From an uncultured Lutibacter sp. (GTDB taxonomy: Bacteria; Bacteroidota; Bacteroidia; Flavobacteriales; Flavobacteriaceae): 64,000 bases of DNA. Under the pieces are notes generated by a model. That model did not search any database, was not told the origin of the DNA, and saw only the letters and a program-made list of their open reading frames with translations. This document shows positions 50,606-59,985 of this stretch, piece by piece (position 1 is the first letter of the stretch; every line of letters starts with the position of its first letter). Where the stretch lies: the NCBI GenBank assembly GCA_963933045.1, contig CAWVTS010000001.1, forward strand, positions 1,347 through 65,346, given 5' to 3'. Position numbers and translations under genes: made by a program.

Positions 50606-51475
50606 TTGGACACTAAAGAATTACTTAAGAAAGTACGTAAGATTGAGATTAAGACAAAACGTTTGTCTAATCACATCTTTTCTGGCGAATATCACAGTTC
50701 GTTTAAGGGAAGAGGAATGACGTTTTCTGAAGTTCGCCAATACCAATATGGTGATGATATTCGAGCTATTGATTGGAATGTTACAGCACGTTATAATGAC
50801 ACTCACATCAAAGTTTTTGAAGAAGAACGAGAATTGACAATGGTTTTAATGGTGGATATTTCTGGCTCTGAATTTTTTGGAACTACCGAGCAATTTAAAA
50901 GAGATACAATTACAGAAATTGCAGCAACACTCGCTTTTTCTGCAACTCAAAATAATGATAAAGTTGGTTTGGTTTTATTTTCTGACGATATCGAATTGTT
51001 TATTCCTCCTAAAAAAGGAAAAAGTCATGTTTTAAGAATTATTAGAGAGTTAATTGAGTTTAAACCAAAAAGCAATAAAACGAATATTGGGGAGGCTTTG
51101 AAATATTTATCGAATGTGATGAAGAAAAAAGCGATTGTTTTTGTTTTGTCAGATTTTATGGATACAGATTATGATCATTCTCTTAAAATACTTGGGAACA
51201 AACATGATGTTACTGGAATTAGAGTTTATGATAAGCATGATGAAGAAATTCCAAATCTTGGAATGTTGCCAGTAAAAGATGCCGAAAGCGGGAAAGTTTT
51301 ACTCGTAAATACGATGTCTAAGAAAGTAAGAAATTCTTATAAAGCAAACTATTTAGAGTCTTTAGATTATTTTGAAAAATCATTTAGTAAAAGTGGTTCA
51401 GGAGCTATAAATACAAGAATTGACGAGAGTTACGTAAAAAAATTATTAGGATATTTTAAACGAAAAGGAGCATAA
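50606..51475 (+). CDS. DUF58 protein (bat operon)
   Basis: GEYHSSFKGRGMTFSEVRQYQYGDDIRAIDWNVTAR, MVDISGS. Confidence 0.93.
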   Translation: MDTKELLKKVRKIEIKTKRLSNHIFSGEYHSSFKGRGMTFSEVRQYQYGDDIRAIDWNVTARYNDTHIKVFEEERELTMVLMVDISGSEFFGTTEQFKRDTITEIAATLAFSATQNNDKVGLVLFSDDIELFIPPKKGKSHVLRIIRELIEFKPKSNKTNIGEALKYLSNVMKKKAIVFVLSDFMDTDYDHSLKILGNKHDVTGIRVYDKHDEEIPNLGMLPVKDAESGKVLLVNTMSKKVRNSYKANYLESLDYFEKSFSKSGSGAINTRIDESYVKKLLGYFKRKGA

Positions 51476-51478
51476 AAC

Positions 51479-52393
51479 GTGAGTAGAATTATTACATATC
51501 TTATATTTCTTTGTGGCGGATTATTATTTGCTCAAAGCCCTATTGAAACTATTGTTGATACAACGAGTATCAGAATTGGAGAACAAATAGAATATAAAAT
51601 ATCTGTTGATAAAACGGATAATGTTGTCTTTCCTAAACTGATTTTAGATAGTTTAAAAAAAGTGGAGTTAGTCGAAGAATTAAAGATTGATTCTACGCCT
51701 ACCCAATATATCAAAAAATATTTACTGACTAGTTTTGATAGCGGACAATATCTTATTCCGCGTCAATTCGTACTAATAAACAACAAAAAATATAGTACCG
51801 ACTCTTTATTGATTGATGTTGCTACTGTTAAAGTAGACACTTTAAAACAAAAATTATTTCCAATAAAAGCAGTTAAAAACCAACCAATTATTTTTGATGA
51901 TTACAAAAATTATGTTTGGATTGGTTTAGCAATATTAGCACTGATTCTAGCCTTCATATTGTATCTAATTTTTAGAAAAAAGAAAGAAAAGATAGAGTTA
52001 GAAAATTTGATTCAGCCATATGATTTGGCTATGCAAAGGTTAGGTCAATTGGATGAAAAATTCTTATGGCAAGCAGGAAAAGTAAAACAATATTATATCG
52101 AATTAACGGATATTATAAGAACCTATATAGAGCGTGAATTAAATATTCCAGCATTAGAATCTACAACAGATGAGTTAATGGAAACCATTAAAGATTTTAA
52201 TAAAATAAAGACACTTGATTTACCAAAAGAAACGGTTAATAATCTTCAAAAATTATTGCGTGAAGCTGATTTAGTGAAGTTTGCTAAGCACAAACCAAAT
52301 GAAAAAGATATAGAAGGACATCGTGGTGATACGGAAAGTATTATTAATGATTTGCAACCAAAAAATATAGAAGAAGATGACGATGTGGAGTAA
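51479..52393 (+). CDS. Conserved bat-operon membrane protein (BatD-like N-terminus, one TM)
   Basis: Signal peptide, TM helix, YYIELTDIIRTYIERE..ALESTTDE, ADLVKFAK; usual position between DUF58 and batA. Confidence 0.75.
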   Translation: MSRIITYLIFLCGGLLFAQSPIETIVDTTSIRIGEQIEYKISVDKTDNVVFPKLILDSLKKVELVEELKIDSTPTQYIKKYLLTSFDSGQYLIPRQFVLINNKKYSTDSLLIDVATVKVDTLKQKLFPIKAVKNQPIIFDDYKNYVWIGLAILALILAFILYLIFRKKKEKIELENLIQPYDLAMQRLGQLDEKFLWQAGKVKQYYIELTDIIRTYIERELNIPALESTTDELMETIKDFNKIKTLDLPKETVNNLQKLLREADLVKFAKHKPNEKDIEGHRGDTESIINDLQPKNIEEDDDVE

Positions 52394-53378
52394 TTTTGAG
52401 TTTACACAGCCACATTTTTTGTGGTTATTACTTATTGTCCCTTTATTGGCAATAAGATATTTATTTGTGCGTAAAAAAGATAGCGCAACGTTGACTTTGT
52501 CAAGTACAAGATCTTTCAAGCCAACTATTTTATCTCGTTTAAAACCGCTATTACATATTTTAAGGTTATTGGCAATCTCAGCATTAATAGTTGCATTGGC
52601 AAGACCAAGAAATGTATCTGTAAGTTCAAGAGTAAATACAAACAAAGGAATTGATATTGTGATGGCTATTGATGTTTCAGCAAGTATGTTGGCAAAAGAT
52701 TTAAAGCCAAATCGTTTAGAGGCTTTAAAAGTAGTAGCGATAGATTTTGTAAATAAACGGCCAAATGACAGAATTGGAATTGTAGTATATGCTGGAGAAA
52801 GCTTTACACAAACTCCAATTACCAGTGATAAAAGAATTGTGAAGAATACAATTAGAAAGATTAAATGGGGACAAATGGATGGTGGAACAGCCATTGGAAT
52901 GGGACTTGGCTCTGCAGTAAACAGATTAAAAGACAGTAAGGCAAAAAGTAAAGTAATTATTTTATTAACAGATGGTGTAAATAATACAGGGTTTGTTGAT
53001 CCAAAAACTGCTACTGAACTCGCTAAAGGACTTGGAATAAAAACCTATACAATTGGAATTGGTACTAATGGAACAGCTCCATTCCCTGTTGCAAAAGACA
53101 TGAGTGGAAAGCTGATTTTTCAAGATGCAAAAGTTGAAATTGATGAAGAATTGCTAAAATATATTGCTCAAGAAACAGGAGGGAAATATTTTAGAGCAAC
53201 TGATAATTCTAAGTTAAAGGCAATTTATGCAGAAATTAACAAATTAGAAAAAACAGAAATTGAAGAGTATAAATATTATAATTATGACGAAAAATATCGT
53301 TCTTTAGTATTGCTTGCAGGACTATTATTAATGATAGAACTGTTATTGAGATTCACAGTTTATAGAAGTTTTATATAA
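52377..53378 (+). CDS. batA: BatA VWA-domain protein
   Basis: N-terminal BatA TM, MIDAS DVSASM, GTAIGMGL, ILLTDGVNN. Confidence 0.93.
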   Translation: MTMWSNFEFTQPHFLWLLLIVPLLAIRYLFVRKKDSATLTLSSTRSFKPTILSRLKPLLHILRLLAISALIVALARPRNVSVSSRVNTNKGIDIVMAIDVSASMLAKDLKPNRLEALKVVAIDFVNKRPNDRIGIVVYAGESFTQTPITSDKRIVKNTIRKIKWGQMDGGTAIGMGLGSAVNRLKDSKAKSKVIILLTDGVNNTGFVDPKTATELAKGLGIKTYTIGIGTNGTAPFPVAKDMSGKLIFQDAKVEIDEELLKYIAQETGGKYFRATDNSKLKAIYAEINKLEKTEIEEYKYYNYDEKYRSLVLLAGLLLMIELLLRFTVYRSFI

Positions 53379-53383
53379 GAAAA

Positions 53384-54415
53384 ATGTATCAAATAGAGGA
53401 ACCGACATATTTTATTTACTTAGTAGCAATACCAATATTGTTTATGGCATTTTTGCTTGTTTTTTGGTGGAAAAAAAGAGCACAAAAGAACTTTGCTAAA
53501 ATTGGACTGTTAGATAAGTTAAGCCCTGAGAAATCAACATTTAAGTACTTTTTAAAAATGACGCTTTTCTTACTTGGTTTAACCTTTTTAATCATTTCCC
53601 TTACAAACCCTAAAATGGGAACTAAGTTAGAAACAGTGAAACGTCAAGGTGTAGATATTGTTTTTGCATTAGATGTTTCAAAAAGTATGTTAGCAGAAGA
53701 CATTGCACCAAACAGATTGGAAAAAGCGAAGCAAATTATCTCTAAGATCATTGATAAATTGGGAAGTGATAGAATTGGAATAATTATTTATGCCGGTAAT
53801 TCATACCCATTATTGCCAATTACAACGGATCATGGTGCTGCAAAAATGTTCTTACAAAGTGCAAATCCTGATATGGTTTCTAGTCAAGGAACAGCAATAA
53901 ATGAAGCGATTAAATTGGCGAGTTCTTATTACAATAATGATGAACAAACCAATCGTTTCTTATTCATCATTTCTGATGGTGAAGATCATCAAGAAGATGC
54001 TTCAAGTGCCATTGCACAAGCCACAAAAGATGGAATAAAAACATACACCATTGGAGTTGGAACAGAAAAAGGAGGACCAATACCAACAAAGTATAAAGGA
54101 CAGTTAGAAGGTTATAAAAAAGATAGTAAAGGTGAAGTTGTCATTACTAAATTGAATTCAGAAACCCTTAAGGAGATTGCAGAAGCAGGAAACGGAAAAT
54201 ATATTGTTGGGAATAAGACGCAACAAACAGTAGACTATGTAGAAAATTTATTAGTAAAAGCAGAGAAAAGTGAATTTGAAACAACAAAGTTTTCTGACTA
54301 TAAAGATCAATTTCAATGGTTTATTGGATTTGCTTTATTGTTCTTAGTGATTGATACTTTGATGCTAGAAAAGAAAACAAAATGGATTCAGAAATTAAAT
54401 CTATTTACCAAATAA
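53384..54415 (+). CDS. batB: BatB VWA-domain protein
   Basis: ALDVSKSMLAED, LPITTD, ISDGEDH; follows batA. Confidence 0.92.
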   Translation: MYQIEEPTYFIYLVAIPILFMAFLLVFWWKKRAQKNFAKIGLLDKLSPEKSTFKYFLKMTLFLLGLTFLIISLTNPKMGTKLETVKRQGVDIVFALDVSKSMLAEDIAPNRLEKAKQIISKIIDKLGSDRIGIIIYAGNSYPLLPITTDHGAAKMFLQSANPDMVSSQGTAINEAIKLASSYYNNDEQTNRFLFIISDGEDHQEDASSAIAQATKDGIKTYTIGVGTEKGGPIPTKYKGQLEGYKKDSKGEVVITKLNSETLKEIAEAGNGKYIVGNKTQQTVDYVENLLVKAEKSEFETTKFSDYKDQFQWFIGFALLFLVIDTLMLEKKTKWIQKLNLFTK

Positions 54416-55200
54416 TGAAAAAAATAGCATTCATATTACTTTTTTTACCATTGGCAATTTTTGCGCAACAAGATAAAGCTGATAAGGCTGTACTTGAAAA
54501 AGAAGCACGAAAATTTGTGCGTGATGGAAATGAATTATACAACCAATTAGAATTTGCGGATGCTGAAGTTGCTTATAAGAAAGCAATAGCTAAAAGTTCA
54601 GATTATGAAACTGCTATTTATAATTTAGGAAATGCTTTGTCACAACAAAATAGAGGGAAAGAAGCAATCGAACAATATGTATTAGTTGCTAAAATGTCTA
54701 AAGACAAAATGACTATAGCATCTTCTATGCACAATATTGGAAATGCTCATTTTCAAGAGAAAGAGTATCAAAAAGCTGTTGATTCTTACAAGAATTCTTT
54801 AAGAGCCAACCCTAAAGATGATGAAACAAGATACAATTTGGCTTTGGCTCAAGAAATGTTGAAAAATCAACAAGAAAATCAAGACGATAAGAAGGACGAC
54901 AAAGACAATAAGGATAATAAAGATAAGGATCAAGAGAATAAAGATCAGGATAAAAAGGACGATGAAAAAGATGAAGATGAAGAAGAAAAGAAGGACGATA
55001 AAAAAGATGAGGATAAAAAAGATTCTAAAGACGATAAAAAAGACGATAAGAAAGAACAGAAGCCTCAACCTGGAAAGTTGTCTCCTCAGCAGATAAAACA
55101 ATTGCTAGAAGCAATGAATAATGAAGAGAAGAAAACTCAAGAGAAAATGAATGCTAAGAAAGAAAGAGGTAAGAAAGTAAAACAAGAAAAAGATTGGTAA
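54415..55200 (+). CDS. batC: BatC TPR protein with D/K/E-rich linker
   Basis: TPR motifs YNLGNA, HNIGNA, RYNLALA; low-complexity linker; QLLEAMNNEEK..KQEKDW end. Confidence 0.9.
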   Translation: MKKIAFILLFLPLAIFAQQDKADKAVLEKEARKFVRDGNELYNQLEFADAEVAYKKAIAKSSDYETAIYNLGNALSQQNRGKEAIEQYVLVAKMSKDKMTIASSMHNIGNAHFQEKEYQKAVDSYKNSLRANPKDDETRYNLALAQEMLKNQQENQDDKKDDKDNKDNKDKDQENKDQDKKDDEKDEDEEEKKDDKKDEDKKDSKDDKKDDKKEQKPQPGKLSPQQIKQLLEAMNNEEKKTQEKMNAKKERGKKVKQEKDW

Positions 55201-55209
55201 ATTTGAAGA

Positions 55210-56976
55210 ATGAGTTTTAAAAAAATCTCCATATTATTTTTTGCGCTTTTTTCAATTGCGACAGTTCTTGCTCAAGAAGTAGAATTAAAAACGACAGTGA
55301 GTAAAAATAAGTTGGGAGTCAGCCAACGCTTGCGAATTGAGTTTATGGTAAATAAACAAGGCGCAGATAACTTTGAAGCTCCAGATTTTAAAAATTTTAA
55401 AGTTGTTGGAGGACCAAGTTCTTCCATAAATCAATCTTGGGTTAATGGAAAGGCATCTTATTCACAAGCATATATTTATATTATTAAACCTAAAAGAGTT
55501 GGAACATTTACAATTCCATCTGCTACTATTGAATACAAAGGAAAAAAAGTAACTTCTAACACAGTAAAAGTAATTGTTGTAAGTGCTTCAGAAGTTCCAG
55601 AAAACCCAAATGACCCATCATATATAGCGAGCCAAAACGTTCATTTAACTACCGAGATTTCTAAAGGAAGTCCATATGTTGGTGAAGGAATTTACGTGGT
55701 TTATAAACTATATTTTAGTGAAAAAGTTGGCTTGAGTGATTGGAGAATGAATGAGGTTCCACAATACAATGGATTTTGGAATCAAGACATTGAAGTGCCA
55801 AAGATAGAGGCTAAAAATGTAGAGTATCAAGGGAAGAAATACCGTTCTATAATTTTAAAGAAAGCATTATTGATTCCTCAAAAATCAGGAAAACTTTCTA
55901 TAGATCCAATTGATATGGATATTACGGTGAATGTACCAACAGGACGAGGTGATTTTTTTGGAAATGCAATTACACGTAGAGTTAATTATTCTACAGGTTC
56001 TTCAAAAAGAAATGTGAATGTAAAGGACTTACCAATTCTTGGAAAACCAGAAAGTTTTACTGGTGCAGTTGGAGAATATGACTTTAGTGTTTCTGCTTCA
56101 AAAGATGTCTTGAGAGCCAATGAAACAACTCAAATAAATGTTCAAGTGAGCGGTAAAGGAAACATTAAGTTATTTAAAATTCCGAAGATAATTACACCGA
56201 ATGAATTAGAGGTGTATACTCCTGAACGAAAAGAAAAAGTTCGTACAAACTCAAAAGGATTATTAGGTAAAATTTCTGATTCTTATACTGTTGTTCCTGA
56301 ATATAAAGGAAAGTATAAAATTCCAGAAGTTGAGTTTTCTTATTTTGATCCAAATCAAGAAAAGTATATCACTATAACTTCAGAACCTTTGATTATTGAT
56401 GTTGTTCAAGGAAAATCTCTTCCTAATCAAAATCAAACAGATATTCCTTCAAAACAAACAACAGTTACTGCTACAAATAACTTTAGGTATATTCAGCATA
56501 AAACAAGTTTTGAGTCAATGAAGAAACAAGATTTTTTCAAGTCTAATTTATTTTATATGTTGTTGTTATTGCCATTTTTAGCAATTCCGATAGGGATTTT
56601 TATTGGGAAGAAAAAAGCCGAAAGAGATAGTGATGTTACAGGAAATAGATTGAGAAAAGCCGATAAATTGGCGCGTAAATATTTATCACAAGCAAAGAAA
56701 GAATTAGGGAAAAAAGAAACCTTTTATCTTGCTTTAGAAAAAGCACTACATAATTTTTTAAAAGCACGATTGAATATTGAAACAACAGATATCAGTAAAG
56801 AAAGAATTACCGAAATACTACAGCAAAGAAATGTAGATGAAACGACAATAAATGAATTTGTTGAGGTGCTGAATGATTGTGATTTTGCAAGGTATACGCC
56901 AACGACCAATGTAATGATGCAAAAAGAGTTTGACAAGGCAAAAAAGGTTATTACTAAAATTGATAAACAAGTATAA
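55210..56976 (+). CDS. batD: BatD
   Basis: FKVVGGPSSSINQSWVNGK, PESFTGAVG, C-terminal TM and FARY motif. Confidence 0.92.
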   Translation: MSFKKISILFFALFSIATVLAQEVELKTTVSKNKLGVSQRLRIEFMVNKQGADNFEAPDFKNFKVVGGPSSSINQSWVNGKASYSQAYIYIIKPKRVGTFTIPSATIEYKGKKVTSNTVKVIVVSASEVPENPNDPSYIASQNVHLTTEISKGSPYVGEGIYVVYKLYFSEKVGLSDWRMNEVPQYNGFWNQDIEVPKIEAKNVEYQGKKYRSIILKKALLIPQKSGKLSIDPIDMDITVNVPTGRGDFFGNAITRRVNYSTGSSKRNVNVKDLPILGKPESFTGAVGEYDFSVSASKDVLRANETTQINVQVSGKGNIKLFKIPKIITPNELEVYTPERKEKVRTNSKGLLGKISDSYTVVPEYKGKYKIPEVEFSYFDPNQEKYITITSEPLIIDVVQGKSLPNQNQTDIPSKQTTVTATNNFRYIQHKTSFESMKKQDFFKSNLFYMLLLLPFLAIPIGIFIGKKKAERDSDVTGNRLRKADKLARKYLSQAKKELGKKETFYLALEKALHNFLKARLNIETTDISKERITEILQQRNVDETTINEFVEVLNDCDFARYTPTTNVMMQKEFDKAKKVITKIDKQV

Positions 56977-57729
56977 ATGAAGAAACTCGTACTCATATTA
57001 TGTGTCTTTTTTACCTCGTTTGGATTCAGCCAAACGGAAGGCGAGTTGTTTTTTCAAGCCAATAATTTATATAAAAACGGAAGTTATACTGAAGCCGAAG
57101 AGTTGTATAAAAAGATTGAAGATTTAGGTCAAGAATCTGATGATTTATATTACAATTTAGGAAACACTTATTATAAGTTAAATAAGATTGCTCCTTCAAT
57201 TTATTATTACGAAAAGGCTTTAAAACTGAATCCTATAAACGAAGATGTAATAACAAATTTAGCCTTTGCAAAGCGTATGAAAATTGATGCAATCGAAGTA
57301 ATGCCTAAAACTTTTTTGCAAAAATTCTCTGAGAAATATATTTATAAATTGCATTATGATACTTGGGCTTGGATAGCGGTTGTACTATCTTTTATTGGTG
57401 CACTATTATTCTTGTTATATCACTTTTCTTATTCTAGCGCAAAGAAATTATTGTATTTCAATACCAGTATTTTAAGTGCTTTATTATTGATTATTAGTGT
57501 TGTGTTTGCCTATAAATCATATAACCATGAAAAGAATACCAAGCATGCTATTATATTCAAGCAATCAACAGAGATTAAAAACGCACCAACATTGAATAGT
57601 GATACAACCTTTGAATTACACGAAGGCACAAAAGTATTGGTCTTAGATGTCATTGATGATTGGAAAAAAATCAAATTGGCTGACGGTAAAATTGGCTGGA
57701 TTCTGGCTGATGATTTGAGAGAGATTTAA
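56977..57729 (+). CDS. batE: BatE (TPR + SH3)
   Basis: YYNLGNTYY TPR, two TM helices, FELHEGTKV..GWI SH3 domain. Confidence 0.92.
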   Translation: MKKLVLILCVFFTSFGFSQTEGELFFQANNLYKNGSYTEAEELYKKIEDLGQESDDLYYNLGNTYYKLNKIAPSIYYYEKALKLNPINEDVITNLAFAKRMKIDAIEVMPKTFLQKFSEKYIYKLHYDTWAWIAVVLSFIGALLFLLYHFSYSSAKKLLYFNTSILSALLLIISVVFAYKSYNHEKNTKHAIIFKQSTEIKNAPTLNSDTTFELHEGTKVLVLDVIDDWKKIKLADGKIGWILADDLREI

Positions 57730-58679
57730 GAATTTTTTTGAAAATAAGTAGCACTAAAACTTTCTACTCTTCCACTAGTTCTAACAAAAGCATAAGAGAA
57801 CAGTTTCTTTCCGTCAATTGTATTTGACTCTATCAATTCTTGTCGCTGTTTTTGAGTTAGTGACATGCGCTCAGAAACTCCTGCGTAACTTTTAAAAGGG
57901 CTTTCTACATCAAATAATTCTATATGCATCAATGACGCAATAATTTTGAAATAGGCAATTACTGAGGTTTTTAAAAAGTTTTCTTTAGTTGTTATTTCAT
58001 GAATTCCTCCATCAGAAGTATCACAGTAATAAGGGTCTTTTTTAAGAATATCTCCAATCCTTTTTTTCAATTCTTTAGCCTTTTTAGGAGTTGTGTTTCC
58101 TAAATAATCTATAAAACCATTCGTAGTTTTCCCATCATTAGAGAGTTCTTTGAGCCAATTCCACCAATCAGCAGCATTATCAACATATTTACTATCTACT
58201 GTTGTTTTCATTGCATCATCAGCACGTAAAATAAAATCGATACAACACAATTTGTGTGGATTAACTTCAGAAATTGCAGAGTCTATTTCAATTCCCATTT
58301 TTTCAAACAAGGCAATAATAAAATGTACAGTCCCAAATGGGTATTTTGTTTTATACGAACTGTTTGGCAGGTGAAATCTTGGATTTAATAAATTCGGATT
58401 TATCTTATTTGAATTCTTCTCTAGTAGGTTATGATGTTGCTCATTTACTGAAATAATATGCTGATCTATTGTTATCGTATCAGGATTGGTAATAAAAATA
58501 TCTACAAAACACAATTCAGAATAATCATCACATAAACGTTCGTTGAGCCAAACCGTATCTGCACTATTGGTAAACCCAACAATAGAACAATTCAAGTATT
58601 TTTTGAGCAATAAACCGCTCATAATTCCATCTAAATCAGAATTGATTACAATAGGTTTGTTTCGAAGTTTTTCTAGCAT
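57726..58679 (-). CDS. Uncharacterised DHH-phosphoesterase-like protein (DQH variant)
   Basis: Ordered motifs NSDLDGIMS (DxDG..S), LCFVD, ITIDQH, LRADD resemble DHH motifs I-IV; 22 nt downstream of the methyltransferase stop. Confidence 0.55.
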   Translation of the reverse strand: MLEKLRNKPIVINSDLDGIMSGLLLKKYLNCSIVGFTNSADTVWLNERLCDDYSELCFVDIFITNPDTITIDQHIISVNEQHHNLLEKNSNKINPNLLNPRFHLPNSSYKTKYPFGTVHFIIALFEKMGIEIDSAISEVNPHKLCCIDFILRADDAMKTTVDSKYVDNAADWWNWLKELSNDGKTTNGFIDYLGNTTPKKAKELKKRIGDILKKDPYYCDTSDGGIHEITTKENFLKTSVIAYFKIIASLMHIELFDVESPFKSYAGVSERMSLTQKQRQELIESNTIDGKKLFSYAFVRTSGRVESFSATYFQKNS

Positions 58680-58701
58680 TTTTGGTGTTCAAACCAACAA
58701 T

Positions 58702-59916
58702 TTAAGCAAATTCTTTTAAAACGATTTCAAAAATTTTCTGAATAACAGTAATATTCACTGAATTTCCAAGTTGCTTCATTGCTATAGTATTTGAATCCGA
58801 AAGTTGGTATTCTTCAGGAAATGATTGAAGACGCTTAGACTCATCTATAGTCAATCTACGTTTATATTTCCCGATTATTTGCTGATGATTCATCGCGACA
58901 AGAGTAGAGAACTTATCTGGACGCTTAACTCTAACTCCAGAGGGTCTAAACTGGATTAAACATTCAAAAATACTTTCGTAATCTTTTCCTGCTTGCCACT
59001 CCATTTTTCGTTGAGTATTCGTGTACCCTTCAAGGTTGTCATGTTTTGCAAGCCAACGATCGATAAACTTCTTATTGCGAGTATATAAATCTATATTTTT
59101 CTGAATAAATTTTGCTTTCCATAACGGAAACTCATTTAATAAACCTTGATGCTTAAAATATTCCATCCAAATAGGAAAACCGATAACTTTTAAATCAACA
59201 CCTTTATAAAATTCATCCCACATTTTTAAAACTTTGAGTTCATGGGGCGTAATTTTACTTTTAATAGAAGCGTCTAAAATTGTATCAATTGAAGCAACAT
59301 TTTTAGTATATTGTTTTTCTAATTCAGTTTTAATATTTTTGATTTTTTCAGCGTTATTTCCAGCAACATCTTTTCGAACACAGGGGATATAAACTCTGGG
59401 TCTTAAGATTGGAATCCCAAATTTATCAGGAGAAATAATCAAAGGTTCGTTAGGAAGGTAATATCCTAATTCGTCAAGATTTTTAATAATGGTCAAATAG
59501 GTATTTCCATTATCATGAGAAACCATATTGGCAACATTTTCTAAAAATAAATATTTAGGTTGATGCTTTTCAATGATTTCACATAAATCAAAAAAGAGCG
59601 TTCCTCTTGTATCTTCAAAACCGTTTCTAAATCCGCCTTTTGAAAAAGGTTGACACGGAAAACCAGCACATAAAACATCAAATTCTTCAGGAATTGCATT
59701 TTTTGTTTCAGTCTTTGTAATATCTCCATAAGGAAGTGCTCCAAAGTTATTTTCATACGTTTTTTGAGCCTTTGCATCCCATTCTGATGTAAACACACAC
59801 TTTCCTCCTAAGTTTTGAAGAGCAATGTGAAAACCACCAATTCCAGCAAACAAATCAATGAAAGTAAAGGTGTGATTTTCTGGTGAAGGAAAAGGAATGT
59901 TTTTTTTATCGGCCAT
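58702..59916 (-). CDS. DNA (cytosine-5)-methyltransferase, M.AluI-like variable region
   Basis: Motif I FIDLFAGIGGF, IV GFPCQPFS, VI LENV, VIII RPRVY, IX RRLT..RLQSFP, X QLGNSV. TRD segments GFPIW, RKMEWQAG, IQFRPSGVRVKRP recall M.AluI (from memory). Confidence 0.92.
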   Translation of the reverse strand: MADKKNIPFPSPENHTFTFIDLFAGIGGFHIALQNLGGKCVFTSEWDAKAQKTYENNFGALPYGDITKTETKNAIPEEFDVLCAGFPCQPFSKGGFRNGFEDTRGTLFFDLCEIIEKHQPKYLFLENVANMVSHDNGNTYLTIIKNLDELGYYLPNEPLIISPDKFGIPILRPRVYIPCVRKDVAGNNAEKIKNIKTELEKQYTKNVASIDTILDASIKSKITPHELKVLKMWDEFYKGVDLKVIGFPIWMEYFKHQGLLNEFPLWKAKFIQKNIDLYTRNKKFIDRWLAKHDNLEGYTNTQRKMEWQAGKDYESIFECLIQFRPSGVRVKRPDKFSTLVAMNHQQIIGKYKRRLTIDESKRLQSFPEEYQLSDSNTIAMKQLGNSVNITVIQKIFEIVLKEFA

Positions 59917-59973
59917 AAAATGTATCATCAACAATGATTTTGCTAAAGTAATTTATTTTTAAGAAAGTCTTAC

Positions 59974-59981
59974 TATTTTTG
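59974..59981 (+). promoter_or_regulatory. -7 element (TATTTTTG) 4 nt before the ATG (probable leaderless transcript)
   Basis: TATTTTTG-cacc-ATG. Confidence 0.5.
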
Positions 59982-59985
59982 CACC

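Noticed and set aside
54799-55101. Hydrophobic 100-aa antisense ORF and repeat-like DNA in batC
   Set aside because: Shadow of the D/K/E low-complexity linker of BatC; no regular repeat unit and not a CRISPR array.
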